Assembly: GCA_046329555.1 (NCBI GenBank)
Contig: JAXLUK010000002.1
Coordinates: forward strand, 128,983-192,982
Reading direction: 5' to 3'
Length of the DNA stretch: 64,000 bases
Origin: Chitinophagales bacterium
GTDB taxonomy: Bacteria > Bacteroidota > Bacteroidia > Chitinophagales > LD1
The translations under genes were made by a program, and so were the position numbers. The notes beneath the pieces were generated by a model. It worked only from the letters and a program-made list of their open reading frames with translations, ran no database searches and had not been told where the DNA came from. Shown piece after piece: positions 19,281 to 29,398 of the stretch; the first letter of the stretch is position 1; each line of letters starts with the position of its first letter.

Positions 19281-20067
19281 TTACCTTATTGTTCCGGTTA
19301 CCTCCTTCTTTTAACATGGATAAAAATGCCATTGCGAAGGCATGCGCATCGCCCGGCCATCGAGCCGAAACATAGTTTCTGTCCCGAACTATAAATCCAC
19401 GGTTAAGATCCTGCATCGAATCACGCAGCAGCGGAATCGGCCCTTCTTCAAAATCTTCCGGTCGCCTTAACACTTCAGTTACTTCTTTTTGCACAGTTAA
19501 ACCGGGATACGTCAGGTAGTAATCTCCCAACCATAACCGAGTAAGGTGATAGGCAGCCATTTCCTGGCTTCTTAGCAATGCTGTAGTTCGATAGCCATGC
19601 AACACTGACTTGCCAGAAAGTGCGCCTTTACTTCGCGCGGCTAACACTACACCATGACAAATTGCTGCCACAGGTGTATGTTTATCGAAAAATTTCGCAA
19701 CTACTTGTTGCAATAAATCAGATTCTAAATATTCCTTAACCCCCTTATCATGCCCACCGGGCAGCAACAATCCATCAAAATCAACAGCTGTTATATCAGC
19801 ATAAGATAATGGGCGCTTAAATGCTTGCTGTTGTATCATTTCATGATACGCCAGTTGCGCATCAGCGCTGGCTTGCAACAACCATTTCCAGATACCTAAA
19901 TCTTCACCATCCAACATTCTTCGATCGGCCTCAGCTATGCCGCCAGCGGGCGTTGCAAAAAGCACCCGAACGCCGTGACGGTGCAAAATCTGCCAGGGAA
20001 TGGCCACTTCAGTAGGATCGAAGCCATAGTTTGGCAAGGGTATCAGTACTTGAATGCAATTGACCAT
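19240..20067 (-). CDS. DJ-1/PfpI-type (class I glutamine amidotransferase-like) protein
   Basis: It has LLLPGGHDKG...PVAAICHGVVLAA, a nucleophile-elbow Cys-His motif. The start is trimmed to the ATG at 20067 (MVNCIQVLIPLPNYGFDP), which removes the overlap with the upstream globin gene. The 3' end overlaps lolA convergently by 41 bp. Confidence 0.65.
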   Translation of the reverse strand: MVNCIQVLIPLPNYGFDPTEVAIPWQILHRHGVRVLFATPAGGIAEADRRMLDGEDLGIWKWLLQASADAQLAYHEMIQQQAFKRPLSYADITAVDFDGLLLPGGHDKGVKEYLESDLLQQVVAKFFDKHTPVAAICHGVVLAARSKGALSGKSVLHGYRTTALLRSQEMAAYHLTRLWLGDYYLTYPGLTVQKEVTEVLRRPEDFEEGPIPLLRDSMQDLNRGFIVRDRNYVSARWPGDAHAFAMAFLSMLKEGGNRNNKVTSGGQLLSHPDDF

Positions 20068-20077
20068 ATCTTTCGCA

Positions 20078-20464
20078 TTAGGCTCCTCCAATTTGCTGAA
20101 TTTTAAACTGCATGAGCTGAGCGATTTGCTGCCCCTTACGCTTGGCCTCTTCTGCAACCGGCCCAACGAAATGAGCATCTACCGTGCTACACCACAGCAG
20201 CAGCCATTGATTGAATTGCTTTGAAGAAAGTGTTGTTTTACGACTTAGCAATATATGCGCCTGCATCGGGTTGCCGCGATAGGTTGTTTTACCAAATAAA
20301 TTTGCCTCCCAGAAATCATACATCTTTGGCAGATGCGTTTCCCATTCTACTCTGGCAACATCAGTAAATATAAATCCAAGCGTTTCATCTGCTCGTACCT
20401 TCTCGTAAAAACCCTGAACCAGTAAAACAAGGTCTTCTCTATTTGAAATATCGCTCATTGTCAT
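20078..20464 (-). CDS. Group III truncated hemoglobin
   Basis: FYEKVRADETLGFIF...W..HL.KMYDFWEANLFG...YRGNPMQAH...QWLLLW closely parallels the Ctb-type trHb pattern. Confidence 0.78.
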   Translation of the reverse strand: MTMSDISNREDLVLLVQGFYEKVRADETLGFIFTDVARVEWETHLPKMYDFWEANLFGKTTYRGNPMQAHILLSRKTTLSSKQFNQWLLLWCSTVDAHFVGPVAEEAKRKGQQIAQLMQFKIQQIGGA

Positions 20465-20604
20465 TTCGTAAATATCGGCATTTCTGGTATTACGCTACGC
20501 TGCTATACAGCAGCCTATAATAAGTGCAAAACATCTGTATTGCTTCCTTCAACTTTAACAAATTGCTCTATTAAACTTGTTATCCATATTGATATCCAAA
20601 TATC

Positions 20605-21906
20605 ATGAAGCAATTATATCTCCTAGGCAGTTGTCTATGTTTCCTTTTGAATGGCATGGCGCAATCGCTATACTTTCCACCAACAACAGGAAGTACCTGG
20701 GATACCCTTACACCAGCATCACAGCAGTATTGCGCCCCGCAAATCGATAGTTTGTATACCTTCCTCGACAGCAATCAAACCAAGGCATTTATCTTGCTGA
20801 AAGACGGTAAGATTGTATTAGAGAAATACTTCGGAACGCAGAATGTCAACTCTTATTGGCAATGGGCGTCGGCCGGTAAAACCATCACTTCATTCATGGT
20901 GGGTGTAGCACAACAGGAACATCATCTATCCATCAACGATACTTCTTCAAAATATCTCGGAGCTGGCTGGACCTCATGTACCCCCGCTCAGGAAGCGCGC
21001 ATCACTATCCGGAATCAACTTACCATGACTACGGGCTTTGACGATGGCGTTCCGGATAACCATTGTACGCAAGATACCTGCTTTAAATATTTGGCCGACC
21101 CAGGAACAAGGTGGGCCTATCACAATAGCCCTTACACCATTTTGGATAGCGTGATTGCCAGCGCAACGGGGCAATCACTGAATGCCTATACGAACCAGAA
21201 ATTAAAACAACCAACCGGAATGAACGGTCAATTTGTTATGTTGAATGAAGACAATGTTTATTTCAGCAATGCGCGAAGTATGGCGCGTTTTGGCTTGTTG
21301 ATTTTAAACAAAGGAAACTGGAACGGTACCGCGCTGATGACGGATACGGCTTACTTCCGTCAGATGACCAACACATCACAAAATTTGAATCCATCGTATG
21401 GTTACTTATGGTGGTTAAATGGAAAATCTTCTTTCATGATTCCTCAGAGCCAAATGGCATTTAACGGTCCGCTATTCCCTGATGCACCCGCTGATGTAAT
21501 TGCTGCCATGGGCAAAGACGGGCAATTTTTAAACGTAATACCTAGTAGCAACATGGTGTGGATTAGAATGGGTAATGCGCCGGATAATTCATTAGTTCCC
21601 TTTTTACTGAATAATGAAATTTGGAAGTACGTAAATCGTTTACGTTGTTCACCAGAAGGAGTAGAGGCAGTTGAAGGAATTAATGGTATCAGTGTTGCGC
21701 CAAATCCTACTGCAGGCCCTATTCATGTAGAAGTTCCTGTACATGACGGTATTGCTGAAGTATTTAACATGGAAGGAAATCGGCTGATACAAATGAATTT
21801 CAACAGCAACACCTTCCAGTTGGAAACCGCTACATGGCCAACAGGTATCTACCAAATCAAAGTGACCAGCGATCGGGATGTTTTTTCCGGAAGAATTATA
21901 CGCTGA
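20605..21906 (+). CDS. Serine hydrolase (beta-lactamase/transpeptidase-like family) with T9SS type A C-terminal domain
   Basis: It has a signal peptide and an S-x-x-K motif (SAGKT). The last ~75 aa (VAPNPTAGPIHVEVP...GIYQIKVTS...GRIIR) are CTD-like. Confidence 0.72.
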   Translation: MKQLYLLGSCLCFLLNGMAQSLYFPPTTGSTWDTLTPASQQYCAPQIDSLYTFLDSNQTKAFILLKDGKIVLEKYFGTQNVNSYWQWASAGKTITSFMVGVAQQEHHLSINDTSSKYLGAGWTSCTPAQEARITIRNQLTMTTGFDDGVPDNHCTQDTCFKYLADPGTRWAYHNSPYTILDSVIASATGQSLNAYTNQKLKQPTGMNGQFVMLNEDNVYFSNARSMARFGLLILNKGNWNGTALMTDTAYFRQMTNTSQNLNPSYGYLWWLNGKSSFMIPQSQMAFNGPLFPDAPADVIAAMGKDGQFLNVIPSSNMVWIRMGNAPDNSLVPFLLNNEIWKYVNRLRCSPEGVEAVEGINGISVAPNPTAGPIHVEVPVHDGIAEVFNMEGNRLIQMNFNSNTFQLETATWPTGIYQIKVTSDRDVFSGRIIR

Positions 21907-22308
21907 TTACTCCTTGTGTTCCTTCCCCGGAACACAACGTTCTACAATCTGGTGAAAGGTGTCATGCAATTTTGCCAACGACTTTTTGATGGCATCATCG
22001 CTACCATTCTTTTTAACTAAAGCATCTAGCTTCTTGCTATCCTTAGCCAATTGATTAACAGCAGCAGCAACCTTCTTGTTATTAAATGCTTCTGGAATCC
22101 CCCCTTGTTTTAATGCTAAAGCCTTTTCGGCCAATTCACCACTGCGCTTCTTGATGGGCGCTAAATTACCCTCTTCGCTAGGGTGGAATGTTTGCGACAT
22201 CACCTGATGAAAAGCTTTCAACTGCGGCCACTGATCAAACTTGCCTTGGGCGCGTAGCGCGAATGAAACCATCTGAAGGACTAGAAACAATACGATTTTA
22301 TTCATCAT
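21907..22308 (-). CDS. Hypothetical secreted helical protein
   Basis: It has a signal peptide (MMNKIVLFLVLQMVSFALRAQ) and a Lys/Ala-rich helical body. I do not recognise a family. Confidence 0.5.
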   Translation of the reverse strand: MMNKIVLFLVLQMVSFALRAQGKFDQWPQLKAFHQVMSQTFHPSEEGNLAPIKKRSGELAEKALALKQGGIPEAFNNKKVAAAVNQLAKDSKKLDALVKKNGSDDAIKKSLAKLHDTFHQIVERCVPGKEHKE

Positions 22309-22370
22309 ACAAACAAAATTTTAATTAGATAAAAGCTGATTGATTTAAATGCTGTGATGGTGCATCGCCC

Positions 22371-22889
22371 TTACTTCGCCTTACCCTCTTCTACCAGCTT
22401 TTCCAGCTTTTCAATAAAAGTAAGCGTAGCAGGGCACCGCGGAATATTTTCCTGATAGGTTTTTTCTTGCACCTGATAGAAAAAGTCGCGACGTACATGA
22501 TGCGGAAATCCGCTGCAATCAGATGGACGAATGTCGTATATCGCGCACTTGTTGTCTTTTCGCAAATGCTGACAAGGTTGATTCTTGTTGACGATATCTC
22601 CATTGTCGTCATCCACTTCAAGGTATTTATCCCAGTACTCGTTGAACGTCATACCTAAGTGCGCGGCAATGCGTTTTACTTCTGCGCGAGTAAAGGTGGG
22701 CGTCATCGTTTTACAACAGTTAGCGCAATCCAGGCAATCTATTTCCTTCCACATCTCGGCATCTGCCTGTTTAGATAGGGCGAAGATATTTTTGGGATTC
22801 CGGCGTTTTAATTTTTTTAGAAAAGCATCGAGGGCCTTTTTGCGTTGCCGGCCACGCCTAATTAACCGCTGTATTTCACAAGTTTGCAT
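22371..22889 (-). CDS. YkgJ-family cysteine-cluster (Fe-S/Zn-binding) protein
   Basis: It has the motif CLDCANCCKTMTP plus downstream Cys residues (QPCQHL, NKCAIY, DCSGFP), as in the UPF0153/YkgJ family. Confidence 0.7.
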   Translation of the reverse strand: MQTCEIQRLIRRGRQRKKALDAFLKKLKRRNPKNIFALSKQADAEMWKEIDCLDCANCCKTMTPTFTRAEVKRIAAHLGMTFNEYWDKYLEVDDDNGDIVNKNQPCQHLRKDNKCAIYDIRPSDCSGFPHHVRRDFFYQVQEKTYQENIPRCPATLTFIEKLEKLVEEGKAK

Positions 22890-22969
22890 CAGTAAGATTG
22901 GAATTGTGGGGCAAGATAAAAAGAGGAAGGGATTGTAACCGAATTTTCTAATAACAGATGAAATCAGGG

Positions 22970-23004
22970 AAATAAAAAACCCTCGCCCCGTGAGGGGGAG
23001 GGTC
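22970..23004 (-). terminator. Rho-independent terminator after the Ala-rich lipoprotein gene
   Basis: Stem CCCTC-G-CCCC (22980-22989) pairs with GGGGGAGGG (22994-23002): 9 bp with one bulge, loop GTGA. On the minus strand it is followed by TTTTTTATTT. Confidence 0.7.
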
Positions 23005-23025
23005 TTTTATAAGAACTTTAAAGAA

Positions 23026-23304
23026 TTACTTCTTAACTTCTTTAGCTACTTCTTTAACTGCACCAGCGGCAGCACCAGCAGCTTCTTTCATTTTGTCAGC
23101 AGCTTCGCCCACTTTAGCAGCAGCAGTGTCTACAGCTGTAGTTGCAGCAGCAGCAGCAGTGTCAACAGCAGCAGCTGTAGCTTCAGTAGCAGCAGCGGCA
23201 ACAGAGTCAACATTTGGAGTTTCAGTGGTTTCAGCAGGTTTGTTGTTGCAGGCAGCCATTACTACTCCTGCGGCAACAGCGAAAACGAAGAATAATTTTT
23301 TCAT
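23026..23304 (-). CDS. Small alanine-rich lipoprotein
   Basis: It has a lipoprotein signal peptide with a lipobox Cys (MKKLFFVFAVAAGVVMAAC) and then an Ala/Thr-rich low-complexity body. A terminator lies downstream. The competing ORFs on the opposite strand have no signal peptide and look like GCN-repeat artefacts. Confidence 0.55.
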   Translation of the reverse strand: MKKLFFVFAVAAGVVMAACNNKPAETTETPNVDSVAAAATEATAAAVDTAAAAATTAVDTAAAKVGEAADKMKEAAGAAAGAVKEVAKEVKK

Positions 23305-23389
23305 TTTTTGCCTTTAGTTTTTTTGTTGGTTAATAATTAGGCGCGAAAGTAGGATTTTTTTTCATTCCCCACCAAACTTTTCTTAATAT

Positions 23390-24703
23390 TTATTTTTCCC
23401 TGAAAAACAGATTCACTGGCACCCCCTTGAAATCCCAGTTGGCCCGGAGGCGCTTTTCGAGGTAATTTTTATACCCTTCCCGGATATACTTCGGATGATT
23501 GGTAAACAGGGCAAACGAGGGAATATTGGTTGGCAACTGCGTTAAGTACTTGATGCTCACTAATTTACCCGATACTGCCGGCGGAGGATACCGCTCAATT
23601 TCACGACCCATCACCTCATTTAACTCTGCCGTAGGAATCCGCCTGCGCATATTAACATACACCTCCTCTACAGCCTCAAGCAATCGGAATATCCGCTGAT
23701 GCTCCATGGCACTGGTAAACAAAATGGGCACATCATTGAAAGGCGCCAGTTTATTCTTTAAATATTCTTCAAACTCTTTCACCGTATTGGAATGCTTGTC
23801 GGGCACCAAATCCCATTTATTCAGTACCACAATAATACCACGGCGCTTTTTAACCGCCATCCGGAATATAGTGAGGTCTTGCTGCGCAATTTCCTGCATG
23901 GCATCCAATACTACGACGGCAATATCAGATTCGTCCATGGCCTTTACCGCCCTGATAACCGAGTAAAACTCCAGGTTCTCATGTACCTTCGATTTTCTGC
24001 GGATACCGGCCGTATCAATCAAGATCAATTCCTTTCCATACTTGTTATAATGTGTATGGATGCTATCGCGCGTGGTACCGGCAATGGGCGTTACGATGTT
24101 TCTAGATTCGCCTAATAGTGCATTGACCAGCGACGATTTGCCCACATTAGGCTGCCCTACAATACATACTTTAGGAATATCAGCCTGTTCTATTTTATCA
24201 TGCTCAGCCGGCGGCATACGTTCTGAAATGGCATCCATAAGCTCGCCGGTGCCGCTACCACTAATCCCCGCAATGAAGAATACATGCTCAAAGCCCAAAC
24301 TGTAGAACTCATTAGCCTGATACATGCGCTCCGCATTGTCAACCTTATTCACTACCAGCAAAACTTGTTTCGAATTGCGCCGCAGCAATCTGGCCACTTC
24401 ATCATCCAAATCAGTAATACCGCAACTGGCATCCACCATAAACAACAGTAAAGACGCTTCTTCCATCGCAATGAGCACCTGCTCGCGAATATGCTTTTCA
24501 AAAACATCTTCACTGCGCGGAACAAATCCGCCGGTGTCAATCACATTAAACGTTCTGCCAGCCCATTCACTTTCGCCGTAGATACGATCACGCGTAACGC
24601 CACTAATATCATCAATAATGGCCTTTTTCTCGCCTATCAGGCGATTGAACAGCGTGCTTTTTCCCACATTTGGACGGCCAACAATGGCTACCGTAAATCC
24701 CAT
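23390..24703 (-). CDS. der: Ribosome biogenesis GTPase Der (EngA)
   Basis: It has two tandem GTPase domains (GRPNVGKSTLFN and GQPNVGKSSLVN, each with DTAG/NKxD) plus a KH-like C-terminus. Confidence 0.93.
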   Translation of the reverse strand: MGFTVAIVGRPNVGKSTLFNRLIGEKKAIIDDISGVTRDRIYGESEWAGRTFNVIDTGGFVPRSEDVFEKHIREQVLIAMEEASLLLFMVDASCGITDLDDEVARLLRRNSKQVLLVVNKVDNAERMYQANEFYSLGFEHVFFIAGISGSGTGELMDAISERMPPAEHDKIEQADIPKVCIVGQPNVGKSSLVNALLGESRNIVTPIAGTTRDSIHTHYNKYGKELILIDTAGIRRKSKVHENLEFYSVIRAVKAMDESDIAVVVLDAMQEIAQQDLTIFRMAVKKRRGIIVVLNKWDLVPDKHSNTVKEFEEYLKNKLAPFNDVPILFTSAMEHQRIFRLLEAVEEVYVNMRRRIPTAELNEVMGREIERYPPPAVSGKLVSIKYLTQLPTNIPSFALFTNHPKYIREGYKNYLEKRLRANWDFKGVPVNLFFREK

Positions 24704-24808
24704 AATGCGGCGAAGATACGCTTTTTCATACGCCCTAACTTATCTGCTCAATTTGTGGAATCTTGCATCTTTGACATCTAACTTGCGAACAACATTAAAA
24801 GTATAACC

Positions 24809-25543
24809 ATGAAGCGCATTTCATCTGTTTTCATTCTATCCTTGCTATCATTATCATTATTTAGTCAAAACCCCATTGCTACTACTATGGCCAGTACTAT
24901 CAATTTACAAGGACATGCTTCCGGGAAATACGCCCCGGATTTGATGGTGATTGATTTCACCGTGCAGTCGAGAAACAAAACCCATCAAACGGCTTTAGCG
25001 CAAATGCAGCAGGCCAGTGCCGATTTAGTAGCCCGCCTGAATAAATTGGGGTTCACCAAAGAACAAATCAAACTCACCGCATACAATGTGAATCAGGAGT
25101 TCGACTACTCCGACAACCGTCAGCGCCTGAAAGGATATGTGGCCAGTCAAAGCCTGCACCTGGAGTTCAAAACAGATATGGCAAAACTAAGCACGGTATT
25201 CAAATCGTTTGCCGATGCACCAAGTCAGGACATTTCCTACAATTACGGCACTGATTTTTCTAAAGATTTGAAAGAAAAAATCAGAACTGAATTATTGCCA
25301 GCGGCCATACGCGAGGCGCAATCGAAGGCCGAATTAATTGCATCCACAGCCAAGTTGAAAATTACTGGCATTAAAGATATCAGCTACAATGTAGCGGTAC
25401 CAGTTCCTGCACCAATGTTTATGCGTGCAATGGCTATGAAAGAAGAAAATGCAGATGCTGCCGGAGTACCAGATGTGAGTATCAACGAAACAGAATTCAT
25501 GGAAGATATTCAGATCATCTATCTGGCAGAGATGATTCGGTAA
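24809..25543 (+). CDS. SIMPL-domain (DUF541, YggE-like) periplasmic protein
   Basis: It has a signal peptide and is ~240 aa. The PDLMVIDFTV...LKGY.ASQSL pattern parallels E. coli YggE. Confidence 0.65.
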   Translation: MKRISSVFILSLLSLSLFSQNPIATTMASTINLQGHASGKYAPDLMVIDFTVQSRNKTHQTALAQMQQASADLVARLNKLGFTKEQIKLTAYNVNQEFDYSDNRQRLKGYVASQSLHLEFKTDMAKLSTVFKSFADAPSQDISYNYGTDFSKDLKEKIRTELLPAAIREAQSKAELIASTAKLKITGIKDISYNVAVPVPAPMFMRAMAMKEENADAAGVPDVSINETEFMEDIQIIYLAEMIR

Positions 25544-25555
25544 ACATTTCCAGAA

Positions 25556-25603
25556 GTAAAAAGAAAAGGCCGCAAGCATCAACTTGCAGCCTTTTCTTTT
25601 TAA
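25556..25603. terminator. Bidirectional hairpin terminator between convergent genes
   Basis: A 13-bp stem with one mismatch, AAAAGGCCGCAAG (25564-25576) / CTTGCAGCCTTTT (25583-25595), is flanked by A-rich sequence on the left and T-rich sequence on the right. Confidence 0.7.
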
Positions 25604-25615
25604 AGCGTTAACTTC

Positions 25616-26668
<1,053 letters not shown>

Positions 26669-26708
26669 GGATATGTTTTAGTGATGCGAAAATAAACTTT
26701 CCACAAAA

Positions 26709-28943
26709 CTACTCCATACATTCTTTCACAGCCATCACTACATGACTCTTGCCTTGTTGGGTGACCCGCAAAAAGTAAATCCCGGTTGCACCGGTAAATG
26801 GAATCTGAACATGATTAACGCCTTCTTTGCAAAAAATTGACCATTGATTAACTAATGCACCGTTTTGATTTAAACACGCAATATCCGCTGTGCCTTCTGC
26901 TGCTGTAAACTCTAAAACAGCATTTACTGAAACAGGATTGGGATATAATCTAATCGTTTGCTTGTCGCTCGTTTCATTAATCCCGTTAGCGATTGCCTGC
27001 GCCATTAAAACAGCGCCATAACCATTAACTTTACCATGGCCCCAATCATTGTTTCCAGTTGCCGGCAAAGCCGTAGTAAATGAATCCTGAATGGCTGTGG
27101 TGGCCAGAATTTGCTTGATCTGCGTTGGCGTTAAATTGGGTTTAATCTGCAGCAATAGAGCAACAATACCGGCAGTAGCAGGCGATGCCATAGAGGTACC
27201 TGACAAGACGGCGTAATAGCGTTTTCTTGAAAAAGCAGAATCATAGAATGAATACACATTGGAACTAAAATCACCGCCACTGGGTAAAAAGTTTCCGTCG
27301 TAAGAATTCACTGCAGAAGCCACACCCATTCCGGGTGCAGTGATTTCAGGCTTAACCCGACCATCTACCGTAGGTCCGCGGCTGGAAAACGGAACCAGAT
27401 CATGTAAGCGGGCATAGCTGCCGTAACTCACTGTTTGACTACTAATATTTCTGAAAGAAATTTTTGATGCATAAGCACCAACCGTAATGGCAGAAATGGT
27501 GGTGCCAATATCACTCACCGTATAATCTGTATTTCCTTCTGTTGCCCATGCCTTTCCATAAGCAGTAAATGAACCAATATAGTTGGTGGCATTGCTCACA
27601 TAACCCTGAAAAACCTGCACCTGATTATCGGTGCTGGTTACAGAAAGCAATACAGAATCAGGGGTGCGATTTTCAATACCCAGATAAAAACGTGCTTTGC
27701 CATTAAATGCTGCGGTCTGCGAGGTAAATTGCACAAAGCAGGTATCTCCGTTACTTCCAACAAGCGCATACTGCGCTAATTGATTACTGGTACACACCAA
27801 TGGCGTATGTTGCTGTACACCGTTCTTGTATAAAGAAACAACTACACAGGCTGATTTTGAAGGTGTGGCCCAGATATCGATCCAGGTTCGAGGCTTGGCA
27901 TTATATGGATTCACTACAACAAAGGAATGTAATGCAGTATCTGTGGATGTAAAACTCTTCATCAGGTGATTCCTGGTATCGCCGGTATTACCAGCAGCGC
28001 AAACAAAAATTTTACCAGGGCCCGTTAACGCATCGCATGCCTGACCAAAAAGTGATGAGCCGTCGTGCGGGCCAACCCCACTACCCCAACTAAGATTAAT
28101 GACGCATGGCTTACCAACTGATTGCGCATAACGATAGATATAATTCATACCATCTACCATATCACTCATGCCAGTATTTTGCCATTGCAGGCTATCAGTT
28201 AGAATGCCTACCAATACGATTTCGCTTTCGAATGCCATACCCCGAAAACGACCATTAGCGGCGCCAGGCGCGCGGCCGCTTCCGGCAGCAATTCCAGCTA
28301 CATGCGAGCCGTGTGAATTGTTGATATTGTCGGAATGTGCAGCAAACAATGCGCTGCTATCGGTAATTTCTGTTCCATATGAAAATCCGGATGGCGGTGT
28401 GCCGGGCGTTTTTTCTAACCACGCCCGCTTAATTCGATAGGTTGTACCCGTGGTATCGAAAAATGAAGGATGTGAAAAGTCGAAACCAATATCTACAATA
28501 CCTACCACCACATCTTTTCCGGTATAAGGCATGGGCAGATTAATACCTGCCTGGACGGAATCAACCCGCGTTGCCACCCGCACAGAATCCAAATATCGGC
28601 CAATAGGCTGATCAAATTCTATATATTGAATACCCGGCAACTGCGTAAAAGCAAATACCTGCTTCAATGGAATTTGAACCGTATACACCGAACCTGCACG
28701 CGTACCAATGTGCACACCTAATTGGCGTAGGGGCGTTTCATCAAAATGCGCCTGCACTTTAATGAATGCGCTAATACAAATTCCTGTCGAAGTTTGTTTG
28801 TAAACAAAATCAGGAAGAATGGGTGGCTGGTCGGCTCCGGCAGTGATTGCCAAATAACGTTGCGCATGAATATCTAAGGCTGCCTGTTGAGCACTCAATA
28901 TCTCGGTCAGGCATAAAAGAAAAAGAAGTAACCGGTATTTCAT
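26709..28943 (-). CDS. S8-family (subtilisin-like) serine peptidase with T9SS type A C-terminal domain
   Basis: The catalytic triad contexts are present: VGIVDIG (Asp), HGSHVAGIAAG (His) and GTSMASPATAG (Ser). The C-terminus (IRLYPNPVS...GIYFLRVT) is CTD-like. Confidence 0.9.
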   Translation of the reverse strand: MKYRLLLFLLCLTEILSAQQAALDIHAQRYLAITAGADQPPILPDFVYKQTSTGICISAFIKVQAHFDETPLRQLGVHIGTRAGSVYTVQIPLKQVFAFTQLPGIQYIEFDQPIGRYLDSVRVATRVDSVQAGINLPMPYTGKDVVVGIVDIGFDFSHPSFFDTTGTTYRIKRAWLEKTPGTPPSGFSYGTEITDSSALFAAHSDNINNSHGSHVAGIAAGSGRAPGAANGRFRGMAFESEIVLVGILTDSLQWQNTGMSDMVDGMNYIYRYAQSVGKPCVINLSWGSGVGPHDGSSLFGQACDALTGPGKIFVCAAGNTGDTRNHLMKSFTSTDTALHSFVVVNPYNAKPRTWIDIWATPSKSACVVVSLYKNGVQQHTPLVCTSNQLAQYALVGSNGDTCFVQFTSQTAAFNGKARFYLGIENRTPDSVLLSVTSTDNQVQVFQGYVSNATNYIGSFTAYGKAWATEGNTDYTVSDIGTTISAITVGAYASKISFRNISSQTVSYGSYARLHDLVPFSSRGPTVDGRVKPEITAPGMGVASAVNSYDGNFLPSGGDFSSNVYSFYDSAFSRKRYYAVLSGTSMASPATAGIVALLLQIKPNLTPTQIKQILATTAIQDSFTTALPATGNNDWGHGKVNGYGAVLMAQAIANGINETSDKQTIRLYPNPVSVNAVLEFTAAEGTADIACLNQNGALVNQWSIFCKEGVNHVQIPFTGATGIYFLRVTQQGKSHVVMAVKECME

Positions 28944-28976
28944 GCCGGTGAAGGTAATAAATATGGCTATGCCATT

Positions 28977-29390
28977 TTACTTGGCACAGGTAAACTGCAC
29001 CGCGATCGAAATTGGTGTGCCAGCGCCGGTATCTATATTCGTAGTGTATACCAAATTGTGATCGTCTAGCTTTACAATATTATACTTTGTGGTGCTGCCG
29101 TTGGTATTCAAAACAGAAATCTCATCGCCACTTTTGTTGATGTTATATAAAAAGTTGCTTGGCGTTACATTAGGCAAGCTTAGCGTGCCACCACAATGGG
29201 TATCATGGGTTGAACAACGTTCAAATTTCACTGTAGCATTTGCATATCCCAGGGAAGCCAAATCCAATGTGATGCCAAAAACTGAAGCCTTTTTATAGGT
29301 CCAAGTACCTTCTAATTTATTCAGTGCCTGCTGATCTTTTGCACAGGCCATGATGAAGATTAACGGAAAAACAAAAATGATTTTTTTCAT
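28977..29390 (-). CDS. Small lipoprotein of unknown function (lipocalin-like GTWTY motif)
   Basis: It has a lipoprotein signal with a Cys (MKKIIFVFPLIFIMAC). Its start is 8 nt downstream of the PorU-like gene stop. Confidence 0.5.
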   Translation of the reverse strand: MKKIIFVFPLIFIMACAKDQQALNKLEGTWTYKKASVFGITLDLASLGYANATVKFERCSTHDTHCGGTLSLPNVTPSNFLYNINKSGDEISVLNTNGSTTKYNIVKLDDHNLVYTTNIDTGAGTPISIAVQFTCAK

Positions 29391-29398
29391 AGTCGCGT

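Noticed and set aside
22990-23317. Plus-strand ORFs 22990..23295 (Ser-rich) and 23093..23317 (Ala-rich).
   Set aside because: They are antisense or alternative-frame artefacts of the GCN-repeat lipoprotein gene. They lack a signal peptide, and the terminator orientation fits the minus strand.
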